Below, piece after piece: positions 9,018 through 17,206 of a stretch of DNA of 48,106 nucleotides; the first letter of the stretch is position 1, and the number at the start of each line of letters is the position of its first letter. Below the pieces are notes generated by a model. That model was given only the letters and a program-made list of their open reading frames with translations. It ran no database searches and was not told where the DNA came from. Both the position numbers and the translations under genes were made by a program. The stretch comes from Ruthenibacterium sp. (GTDB lineage Bacteria; Bacillota; Clostridia; Oscillospirales; Ruminococcaceae). The stretch is from the NCBI GenBank assembly GCA_036643515.1, contig JAVXRV010000002.1, positions 1 through 48,106 on the forward strand. Reading direction: 5' to 3'.

Positions 9018-10196
9018 ATGAAAGAACTGATTATGGCCTATCAAGGCGAAATGGCGCTCAAAGGGCTCAACCGTGCCACATTCGAAAGTGCACTGCTGAA
9101 AACCATGCGCCGCCGCTTAAAACCGGTGGGCAAATTTAATGTATATAAGGCGCAGTCTACCATGTACGCCGAACCGCTCGAAGATCTTGACATGGAGGAG
9201 GCCTTTTCGCGCATCTCCAAAATTTTCGGCATCGCGACCATCAGCCGCGCCGCCGTTTGCGAAAAAGATTTTGCACAGATTGCCGAAATTGCCAAAACGT
9301 ATCTTTCTGCCGAGTTGAACGCGGCAAAAACCTTCAAAGTGAGCGCACGACGCGCCGACAAAACCTTTGCGATGGACAGCATGGAAATTGCGCGGGAGCT
9401 CGGCGGCATTTTGCTTGAAGCTTATCCGCACCTCACCGTCGATGTACACCATCCTGACCTCAATGTCACGGTGGAAATTCGCGATTTCGGTGCCTACGTC
9501 CACGGCGGCAAAAAGCAGGGCGCGGGCGGCTTGCCGGTGTCCACCTCCGGCAAAGCGGCGCTGATGCTCTCCGGCGGCATTGACAGCCCCGTGGCGGGCT
9601 ATATGATGGCGCGGCGCGGCCTCACGCTGATTGGCGTACACTTTGCAAGCCCGCCCTATACCAGTGAACGCGCACGCAGCAAAGTCATCAGCCTTGCACA
9701 GCTTCTCACGCCGTACACCGGCAATATGAACGTCTATGTCGTGCCCTATACAAAGCCGCAGGAGTTCATCCGCGACACCGCCCCCGAGGAATTGTTTACG
9801 GTGCTCATGCGCCGCAGCATGATGCGCATTACCCGCATGTTGTGCGACAAAGAGGGCGCGGAAGCCATCATCACCGGCGAGAGTTTGGCGCAAGTGGCAA
9901 GCCAAACACTGCGTGCCATCGCCTGTACCGACGCGGCGCAGGATTTGCCTGTTTTTCGCCCGTGCATCGGCATGGATAAAACAGAAATCATCGACATTTC
10001 GCGCAAAATCGGCACATTCGAAACAAGCATTCTGCCATATGAAGACTGTTGCACCATTTTTACCCCCGCGCATCCGCGCACAAAGCCGCATCTCGATGAA
10101 ATTGAAAGCGCCGAGCGTTTGATGATGCCGGAGCTTGCAGAGCTTGAGGCGGCGGCCGCCGCAGAAACACCGGTTGAATTTTGCATCGTTTCGTGA
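9018..10196 (+). CDS. thiI: tRNA 4-thiouridine synthase ThiI (no rhodanese domain)
   Basis: GEMALKGLNR, THUMP region, PP-loop SGGIDSPV, GESLAQVASQT, YEDCC. Confidence 0.95.
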   Translation: MKELIMAYQGEMALKGLNRATFESALLKTMRRRLKPVGKFNVYKAQSTMYAEPLEDLDMEEAFSRISKIFGIATISRAAVCEKDFAQIAEIAKTYLSAELNAAKTFKVSARRADKTFAMDSMEIARELGGILLEAYPHLTVDVHHPDLNVTVEIRDFGAYVHGGKKQGAGGLPVSTSGKAALMLSGGIDSPVAGYMMARRGLTLIGVHFASPPYTSERARSKVISLAQLLTPYTGNMNVYVVPYTKPQEFIRDTAPEELFTVLMRRSMMRITRMLCDKEGAEAIITGESLAQVASQTLRAIACTDAAQDLPVFRPCIGMDKTEIIDISRKIGTFETSILPYEDCCTIFTPAHPRTKPHLDEIESAERLMMPELAELEAAAAAETPVEFCIVS

Positions 10197-10231
10197 TATA
10201 TTAGGCTTTGAGAATCGAAAGAAGGATTTAT

Positions 10232-11542
10232 TTGGAAGCGGAGATTATCGCAGTCGGCACCGAACTTTTGCTCGGCGACATTTTAAACACCAACGCGCAA
10301 TATTTAAGCAAAGAGCTCGCCGCGCTTGGCATCAGCGTCCATTTTCAAACCGTGGTGGGCGACAATCCCGCACGGCTGAAAAGTGTGCTCACGCAGGCCA
10401 TGTTGCGCAGTGATTTACTCATTTTATCCGGCGGCCTCGGCCCCACAGAGGACGATTTGACAAAGCAGACCGTCGCGGAGGCTTTTGGCGACACTTTGCG
10501 TTATGATGCCGAAGAAGCACGTAAAATCGAGGCTTTTTTTACAGCATGGCACCGCACCATGCCTGAAAACAACAAAAAGCAAGCCATGGTTCCCACAAAT
10601 GGGCGCAAAATTGAAAATGCCAATGGCACAGCGCCCGGCATGATTTTTGAAAAAGACGGCAAAATCGCCGTTTTACTGCCCGGCCCACCCAAAGAATTGC
10701 AACCGATGTTTGCCGACAGCGTCAAACCGTGGCTTGCCGCAAAAAGCGATGCTGTGCTGTTTTCCACGACATTGCGCGTCGTTGGCATCGGCGAAAGCCA
10801 TCTTGAAACCATGGTTGCACCCCTGTTGGCGCAGGCAAATCCCACGGCCGCACTATATGCCAAAACGGCGGAAGTGGTAGTGCGCATCACCGCAAAGGCC
10901 GCCACGCAAGACGCCGCAAAAGCGCTGTGCGAAAAAACGGTCGGCGATTTTTACGACATTTTAGGCGACTGCATCTATGCGCGCGACGCGGATTCTCTGG
11001 AAGAAACCGTGGTTGCACTGCTTTGTGAACACCAAAAAACGCTTGCCACGGCCGAAAGCTGCACCGGTGGTCTTGTGTCAAAACGCATCACCGAAATTTC
11101 CGGCGCAAGCGCGGTTTTTCCGCTCGGCATATGCACTTATTCCAACGAAATGAAGGAAAAGATGCTCGGTGTCAAGGCCGAAACTCTGGCACAATATGGC
11201 GCAGTATCGAGTGAAACCGCCGCCGAAATGGCAAGTGGCGTGCGTCGTGCGGCCGGCACGGATTTTGGCATTTCCATCACGGGCATTGCCGGACCGACAG
11301 GCGGCACACCGGAAAAACCGGTCGGCACCGTTTACATCGCCGTCGCCGACGCCAACGAAATTTTTGTGCAAAAACTCGTGATTGTCAATCGCACGCGTGA
11401 CGTTGTGCGCGCATCGGCGACACAGCACGTGCTCGACATGGTGCGCCGCTTGACGCTGCACCTCAAACAACCTGCGTGTCAAGCATTTTCCACCGGACAA
11501 GCGGCGCACATGGCCGAATCCACGCGCATGCAAAATCAATAG
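10232..11542 (+). CDS. cinA: Competence/damage-inducible protein CinA (MocF/ADPR-pyrophosphatase + KH + PncC NMN deamidase)
   Basis: EIIAVGTELLLG, GGLGPTEDDLT, PGPPKE, AESCTGG, YSNEMK, TGIAGPTGG. TTG start. Confidence 0.95.
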   Translation: MEAEIIAVGTELLLGDILNTNAQYLSKELAALGISVHFQTVVGDNPARLKSVLTQAMLRSDLLILSGGLGPTEDDLTKQTVAEAFGDTLRYDAEEARKIEAFFTAWHRTMPENNKKQAMVPTNGRKIENANGTAPGMIFEKDGKIAVLLPGPPKELQPMFADSVKPWLAAKSDAVLFSTTLRVVGIGESHLETMVAPLLAQANPTAALYAKTAEVVVRITAKAATQDAAKALCEKTVGDFYDILGDCIYARDADSLEETVVALLCEHQKTLATAESCTGGLVSKRITEISGASAVFPLGICTYSNEMKEKMLGVKAETLAQYGAVSSETAAEMASGVRRAAGTDFGISITGIAGPTGGTPEKPVGTVYIAVADANEIFVQKLVIVNRTRDVVRASATQHVLDMVRRLTLHLKQPACQAFSTGQAAHMAESTRMQNQ

Positions 11543-11560
11543 CATAGGGAGGATAATAGA

Positions 11561-12664
11561 ATGGATCCGATTGCAAAAAATATCGAAAAACAGGTGATTG
11601 TACGCTTCTTTCAGCCGGATATGCAGGTGCTGAAAGCAACGGCAAAGCATCTCTCCACCGCCATGCCGGACGCAAAACTCGGTCTTTATGGTCAGGCCGG
11701 TGAGGTGCTGGTGGTCATCACGGCACACGCGTATGCGCCCGCCGCTGCCACCGAGCTGACAGAAAGCGCTGCCGAGCAGTTTGAACAGGCCGCCGGTGCC
11801 TGTGCCTATGGCCGCGGCAAGGGAGGCCTTGCCTATGTCACCGCCGGAGAAATGATTGAAAGCGAAGCCGTGGTAGCCGCCGCTGATGAAACCACCGGCG
11901 CACTGCTTGATGCCGAATTTGCCGCCACAAAGCGCGGCTCAAAAGTATTTGATTTCGGTGCTGACAGCTATGCCAACCCGAAAGTGGCCGCTAAAATAGA
12001 CGCTGCCGCCACCTTTGACCCCGACGAGGAGCCCACGCCGCTGCAAAGTGCGGCCGACCTTGCCACCGCCGCCGCCAAATGCACGCGTGCTGATTTCGGC
12101 GCTGCCATCGCGGGGCTTGACGAAGATGGCGATGTTTACGCCGCCGTAGCGCACAAAGGCAGTGTACATATCAGCCGCATTCCGGCCGGAAAATTTGCCG
12201 GCAAACAGGCTGCCCTGTCGATTCTTGACATCATGCGCCGCTTGCTTGCAAAAGAAGATTTGCCCAATTCCAAATGCTTCCGCGCCGGCAACGAAATCGA
12301 CTGGAACGCACCGCAAAAAGCAAAAGCCGCCAATAAAAACCTTGTGCCCATCATCATTTTGATTGTGTTATTGCTTGCGCTGTGTGGCGCATGTTGGTAT
12401 CTTGCCAGTCATTTCTTCTTTGGCAAAGACAAAGGCGACGCCATTCCGGCGGGCAATTCCTCCTCAATGACGCAATCTGTGTCCGCACCGAGCGCTTCTG
12501 CCTCTGCCCCTGCCGCGCCAAGCGCCCCTGCTGCGCCAAGCACTCCCGCAGCCGCCCCCTCTGGCAGCACACCTGCCGCCGAGCCTGCCGCGTCTGCGCC
12601 CGCACAGCCACAAGGCACAACCAGTGCCGTCAACAGCGGCGGTGTCGTGCATCCGTTTGCATAG
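11561..12664 (+). CDS. Degenerate CinA KH+PncC-like paralog with C-terminal TM helix and Ala/Pro/Ser-rich tail
   Basis: Colinear similarity by eye to the C-terminal ~60% of the upstream CinA; TM LVPIIILIVLLLALCGACWYL; low-complexity tail. SD GGGAGG. Confidence 0.8.
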   Translation: MDPIAKNIEKQVIVRFFQPDMQVLKATAKHLSTAMPDAKLGLYGQAGEVLVVITAHAYAPAAATELTESAAEQFEQAAGACAYGRGKGGLAYVTAGEMIESEAVVAAADETTGALLDAEFAATKRGSKVFDFGADSYANPKVAAKIDAAATFDPDEEPTPLQSAADLATAAAKCTRADFGAAIAGLDEDGDVYAAVAHKGSVHISRIPAGKFAGKQAALSILDIMRRLLAKEDLPNSKCFRAGNEIDWNAPQKAKAANKNLVPIIILIVLLLALCGACWYLASHFFFGKDKGDAIPAGNSSSMTQSVSAPSASASAPAAPSAPAAPSTPAAAPSGSTPAAEPAASAPAQPQGTTSAVNSGGVVHPFA

Positions 12665-12684
12665 CGCTTTCCTCATGAATCAAA

Positions 12685-12732
12685 CAGCCGCAAAACTTGT
12701 TGCTTTAGACAAGGTTTTGCGGCTGCTTTTTA
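12685..12732 (+). terminator. Terminator of the iscS-thiI-cinA operon
   Basis: CAGCCGCAAAAC...GTTTTGCGGCTG followed by cTTTTT. Confidence 0.75.
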
Positions 12733-12740
12733 TTTTTCTA

Positions 12741-12781
12741 TTGACAAGTTTTCAAATTCATGTTAAACTGAACGTAGTTCA
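12741..12781 (+). promoter_or_regulatory. SigA promoter with overlapping palindromic operator for the TetR gene
   Basis: TTGACA-17 nt-TAAACT with TG extension; palindrome TGAAC-gta-GTTCA at 12769-12781. Confidence 0.65.
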
Positions 12782-12800
12782 ATATGAAGAAGGTGACGCC

Positions 12801-13364
12801 ATCAATACCGTTGTTACATCCAAAGAGGCCATTTTATCCGTGTGCCTTTCCATGGCTGCCGAAGGCGGGTTGCAAGCGCTTAATATGCGCACCGTCGCAG
12901 AAAAATGCAACATTTCTGTCGGTTCTGTCTACAATTATTTTCCCTCTAAGGCAGATTTGATTACCGCGGCCATACGGGAAGTGTGGCAAAATATTTTTCA
13001 CACAGACCATCTCTGTAAACAAGCAGAATCTTTCCCTGCCTATGTCGCAAACATTTTTGAAAGCGTCACGGTCGGTACGGCGGCATACCCGCAATTTTTC
13101 ACGGCGCATTCGCTTAGTTTTGCCACCGCAGACAAAAGCAACGGCCGCAAGGTGATGGAAAATTATTTTGAGCACATGAAATCCGGCTTGCTTTCTGCCC
13201 TAAATCATGATAAAAACATCGTGCACGCAGCTTTTTCCGATACGCTGACCCAAAGCGCTTTTGTGGATTTTGTATTTTCAAATTTGCTCACACTGTGGAT
13301 GCAGCACGCCGAAAACTGCACCGTTCTCACCGAAATATTGCGCAAAGTGCTGTATTCCGCTTAG
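12801..13364 (+). CDS. TetR/AcrR family transcriptional regulator (probable ATC start)
   Basis: HTH LNMRTVAEKCNISVGSVYNYFPSKADL. SD GAAGGTGA precedes ATC-AAT-ACC. Confidence 0.88.
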   Translation: MNTVVTSKEAILSVCLSMAAEGGLQALNMRTVAEKCNISVGSVYNYFPSKADLITAAIREVWQNIFHTDHLCKQAESFPAYVANIFESVTVGTAAYPQFFTAHSLSFATADKSNGRKVMENYFEHMKSGLLSALNHDKNIVHAAFSDTLTQSAFVDFVFSNLLTLWMQHAENCTVLTEILRKVLYSA

Positions 13365-13474
13365 AATTTATTTTATCTCCTCCAAAAAATTCCCGCTGTT
13401 TGATATCCCGACCATCGGCGCATATGTTTGGGCCGTACTCATTGGCTACAACGAAATGAAAGGACTTGCAAAAC

Positions 13475-13885
13475 ATGAAAAAATATCTTAATTATTCTCT
13501 TGCCTACGCCATTGCCGCCATGGTGGGCGGCGTATTTTACCGCGAATTTACCAAATTCAACGACTTTACCGGCGTTACCGCGCTCGGTAAAGTGCACACG
13601 CATTTATTCATTCTCGGTATGCTGCTGTTTTTAATCGTTGCTCTTTTCGCGGCGCACACAAAGCTGAACGAGGAAAAAATGTTTAAAAACTTCATGGTTA
13701 CGTATAATATCGGCGTGCCGCTTATGGCCGTGATGCTGCTCGTGCGCGGCATTCCGCAAGTGCTCGGCATCACGCTTGCCTCGGGTGCAAGTGCAGCCAT
13801 CTCCGGCATTGCCGGCATCGCACACATCTTAACAGGCGCCGGCCTTGTGTTTTTATTGCTTGCACTGCGCAAAATTGCAAAATAA
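13475..13885 (+). CDS. DUF2871 family membrane protein
   Basis: GGVFYREFTKFNDFTGVTALGKVHTHLFILG and GIAGIAHIL; four TM segments. SD AAAGGA. Confidence 0.85.
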   Translation: MKKYLNYSLAYAIAAMVGGVFYREFTKFNDFTGVTALGKVHTHLFILGMLLFLIVALFAAHTKLNEEKMFKNFMVTYNIGVPLMAVMLLVRGIPQVLGITLASGASAAISGIAGIAHILTGAGLVFLLLALRKIAK

Positions 13886-13902
13886 TCTTTTCACCTCAAA
13901 TG

Positions 13903-13938
13903 CACAAAAGCCGCCCAAAAAGGGCGGCTTTTGTGTTT
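13903..13938. terminator. Bidirectional terminator
   Basis: CACAAAAGCCGCCC-aaaaa-GGGCGGCTTTTGTG between convergent genes. Confidence 0.8.
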
Positions 13939-13995
13939 GGTAGAGTCAATTTAAGAACTTCAAACGGCAAGCGCTAACTGCCGTTTTTCGCTTTT

Positions 13996-15021
13996 TTATC
14001 GCTGCACGCGACCCGAGGCATTGCCACCGGCAAGCTTTTCCACTTCGTCCACGGTCACAAAGTTGTAATCGCTTTCGATGGAGTGTTTGAGCGCGGAAGC
14101 CGCCACTGCAAATTCAACGGCATCCTGTGTATTTTTACCGCTGAGCAAGGAATAAATCAGCCCGCCGCCGAAACTGTCACCGCCGCCCACGCGGTCGATG
14201 ATATGCAGATGATAGAGCTTCGAGAAGCAATATTCGTCTGATGCAGCGTCAAATAACATGGCGCTCCAATCGTTGTCAAACGCCGAAATGCTCTCGCGCA
14301 GTGTGATGGCAACTTTTTCAAAGTGGAATTTGTCGGCGAGCTGTTTTGCAACGCTCTTATAGCCGTCTTTGTTCAATTGGCCACTGGCGACGTCGGTGTT
14401 GGCGGCTTCGATGCCGAACACGTCTTTGGCATCCTCCTCATTGGAGATGCACACGTCTACATATTCGCAAATTTTCGTCATGGCAACGCGCGCTTCGTCA
14501 CGCGTCCACAATTTTCCGCGATAGTTGAGGTCGCAGCTGATTTTCACGCCCGCTTTTTTGGCGGCTTTGCACGCTTCGATACAGATATTCACGCAGTTTT
14601 CGCCAAGCGCCGGTGTGATGCCGGTGAAATGGAACCAATCTGCGCCCGCAAAAATTTCCGCCCAGTTGAAATCAGACGGTGCAGCTTCTTGAATGGCGCT
14701 GTGTGCGCGGTCATAAATGCACACGCTGCCGCGCTGTGAGGCACCTTTTTCAAGGAAATAAATGCCGACACGGTCGCCGCCGCGTACAATTTTATTTGTG
14801 CCTACGCCATATTTGCGCAAGCTATTGACGGCCATCTGCCCGATTGCGTGTTTGGGCAATTTGGTGACATAGTCCACATCCACGCCATAGTTTGCAAGCG
14901 ACACGGCCACATTGGCCTCGCCGCCGCCAAACGTTGCCTCAAAGCTGTCGGCCTGCACAAAGCGCAGGTAATCATATGGCTGTAAGCGCAGCATCAATTC
15001 GCCAAAGGTAATTACTTTCAT
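13996..15021 (-). CDS. kdgK: 2-keto-3-deoxygluconate kinase (PfkB family)
   Basis: FGELMLRL, GGGEANVA, DLNYR, NEED, DRVGGGDSF; adjacent to the KDPG aldolase gene. Confidence 0.9.
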   Translation of the reverse strand: MKVITFGELMLRLQPYDYLRFVQADSFEATFGGGEANVAVSLANYGVDVDYVTKLPKHAIGQMAVNSLRKYGVGTNKIVRGGDRVGIYFLEKGASQRGSVCIYDRAHSAIQEAAPSDFNWAEIFAGADWFHFTGITPALGENCVNICIEACKAAKKAGVKISCDLNYRGKLWTRDEARVAMTKICEYVDVCISNEEDAKDVFGIEAANTDVASGQLNKDGYKSVAKQLADKFHFEKVAITLRESISAFDNDWSAMLFDAASDEYCFSKLYHLHIIDRVGGGDSFGGGLIYSLLSGKNTQDAVEFAVAASALKHSIESDYNFVTVDEVEKLAGGNASGRVQR

Positions 15022-15045
15022 GGAAGTTCCTCCTAAAATTCAAGT

Positions 15046-16008
15046 TTATTTTTGTACAAGATGCACCGCAAAACCGGCAATTTCTTCTTTTAAATAAATG
15101 GCGGTCAGCTTGCCGTTTTTCTCCATACGGCTGGCATCGTCGAACACAACGCCCTGCGATTTGAGGTGTGCCACGGCGCGGTCAATCGTGTTGGTGCCCA
15201 CGGCGATATGTCCGTATTTGCCACGGCCCTGCTTTTTCATGATTTCAATGGAACGGTTGCCGGCAAAAATGGACGAATTTCCTTCGGCGATGTCGAAGCC
15301 GAACAACGCTTCAAACAATTTTGCCGCTTGCATGGCCTCGGCATCGTTTGCCGTGTTGAGGCCGATGTGTTTCAATTCAAAACCGAGCATATTACGCACG
15401 GCTTCTTTGGTCAAACGTGTAATTTCTGCCCAGTCGCCCGCATCAATGAGGTCGGTTTTCACCATCCATGTGCCGCCGCAGGCGATGATTTTGTCGAACG
15501 ACAAATAATCCATCAAGTTTTTCGCGTTTACGCCGCCGGTGGGCATCCAGCGCAAATTTTTATACGGGCCGGCAACGGCTTTCAGCTTGGCAACGCCGCC
15601 GTTTTGCTCTGCCGGAAAAAATTTCACAGCGTCAAGCCCCATGCTCATGGCCTGTTCCATTTCGCCGGGCGTCGCGGTGCCGGGCATGAAATTGATGCCC
15701 TTATCCAGTGCATATTGTGTGATGGCAGGGTTAAAACCGGGGCTGACCATAAATTTGGAACCGGCCGCCGCCGCGCGGTCAACCTGCTCTTTTGTCAACA
15801 CCGTGCCCGCGCCCACGAGCATTTCCGGCACTTCGGCAACAATGCGGCGAATCGCTTCTTCCGCGGCATCTGTGCGAAACGTCACTTCCGCAGCAGGCAG
15901 GCCGCCCGCGACAAGCGCTTTTGCCAGAGGCACCGCTTTGTCTGGATCGTCAATGGCAATGACCGGAATAATTCCGATTTCGTAAATTTTTTGAAGAACC
16001 TCGTTCAT
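15046..16008 (-). CDS. eda: KDPG/KHG aldolase with C-terminal VOC-like extension
   Basis: AEVTFRT, VGAGTV, VSPG, VKFFPA (Schiff-base Lys), PTGGV; about 110 extra C-terminal residues. Confidence 0.92.
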   Translation of the reverse strand: MNEVLQKIYEIGIIPVIAIDDPDKAVPLAKALVAGGLPAAEVTFRTDAAEEAIRRIVAEVPEMLVGAGTVLTKEQVDRAAAAGSKFMVSPGFNPAITQYALDKGINFMPGTATPGEMEQAMSMGLDAVKFFPAEQNGGVAKLKAVAGPYKNLRWMPTGGVNAKNLMDYLSFDKIIACGGTWMVKTDLIDAGDWAEITRLTKEAVRNMLGFELKHIGLNTANDAEAMQAAKLFEALFGFDIAEGNSSIFAGNRSIEIMKKQGRGKYGHIAVGTNTIDRAVAHLKSQGVVFDDASRMEKNGKLTAIYLKEEIAGFAVHLVQK

Positions 16009-16040
16009 AGAAATACACTCCTTAAAATTCGTCCTTGTTA

Positions 16041-16229
16041 ATTCCGTATTGTGGAACGGCGTTCCAGTTTCTTGTTTCTTTCATTATAGTAAGTTCTGCG
16101 CCTTTGTCAATGTGTTTTTTAATTTTTGTCATTTTTATTCTGTTTTATCGCTCACAAAGCCATTCTTCTCTTGCAATTTGTCTTTTCATGCGTTACAATA
16201 CAGAAAAGAAGCGTTTCGCATTGTGGAAC
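16041..16229. promoter_or_regulatory. Divergent promoters and two IclR/KdgR-type operator copies
   Basis: ATTCCGTATTGTGGAAC (16041-16057) and GTTTCGCATTGTGGAAC (16213-16229); minus TTGACA-16-TATAAT (16110-16083); plus TTGCAA-17-TACAAT (16171-16199). Confidence 0.7.
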
Positions 16230-16254
16230 GCACCAAAATTTCGGAGGGTTATTT

Positions 16255-17025
16255 GTGGAAAACGGAAACAGTGGCGTGCAGAGTGTCGCACGTATTTTTT
16301 CAATCATCGAAGTGCTTTCCGCGCATCCGAAAGGCGCGTCTTTGCAGGACATCAGCAAGGAAAGTGCGCTTGCAAAAAGCACGGCGCACCGCCTTTTGGC
16401 AAGCCTTGTCACACTCGGTTATGTGGTGCAAGACAGTTTCACCACCCATTATCGCCTCACGATGAAAATGTTTGAGCTGTCGAGCGGCATCGTGAACGAC
16501 ATGGACGTTTTGTCTGTGGCAAAACCGCATCTCGACCGGCTTGCACGCCACACGGGCGAGGCCGTGCATCTCGTGATTCAAGACGGTGTCGACATCGTTT
16601 ACCTTTATAAAGCCGAGGGCGGCGCGGGCACCATGCGCATGTCAAGCCATGTCGGGTTGCGCATTCCGATGTACTGCACCGGCGTGGGCAAGGCGATTCT
16701 CGCGACGCAAAGCTATGGCGAAAGCGAGCGTGTTTGGCGCAAAAGCACGATTCAAAAACTGACGCCGAACACGTTGACAAGTTTTGACGCGCTCATCAAC
16801 CAACTCAAGGAAATTCGCCTGCGCGGCTATGCCATCGACGATGAAGAAAATGAGCTTGGCATTCGCTGTGTTGCGCTCAGTTTGCCTGCGCTGACAGGCC
16901 GCGCGGAAGCCGCGTTTTCCATCAGCGGCCTTGCGCCGCATATGAATCCGGCTCGCGTGGCAGAGCTTGCGCAGACCGGCCTTGACACAAAACAGGCGAT
17001 TCTGCGCGATTTAGGCTGGAAATAA
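16255..17025 (+). CDS. IclR family regulator (KdgR-like)
   Basis: VQSVARIFSIIE, KSTAHRLL, PMYCTGVGKAIL, GYAIDDEENELGIRCVA. GTG start after GGAGG. Confidence 0.92.
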   Translation: MENGNSGVQSVARIFSIIEVLSAHPKGASLQDISKESALAKSTAHRLLASLVTLGYVVQDSFTTHYRLTMKMFELSSGIVNDMDVLSVAKPHLDRLARHTGEAVHLVIQDGVDIVYLYKAEGGAGTMRMSSHVGLRIPMYCTGVGKAILATQSYGESERVWRKSTIQKLTPNTLTSFDALINQLKEIRLRGYAIDDEENELGIRCVALSLPALTGRAEAAFSISGLAPHMNPARVAELAQTGLDTKQAILRDLGWK

Positions 17026-17145
17026 CATCCATCTTTCAAAAAAATGCTGTATCGGCCTATGCCGATACATAGAATCGCCCCGCGAGGGGATCTATAGCAG
17101 TTTCACAAACTGTAAAAAGCATCCATGTCTAAAAAAACTGCTATA

Positions 17146-17188
17146 GAAAAACCGTCGGGAATGATTGTTGCATTCCTGACGGTTTTTT
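17146..17188. terminator. Bidirectional terminator between IclR and aroF
   Basis: AAAAACCGTCGGGAATG...CATTCCTGACGGTTTTTT. Confidence 0.75.
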
Positions 17189-17206
17189 GCGATTGATTGC
17201 AATTTT

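Noticed and set aside
12470-12630. Repetitive GCC/CCT-rich DNA
   Set aside because: Encodes the Ala/Pro/Ser tail of the CinA paralog; not a CRISPR array or an independent tandem repeat.
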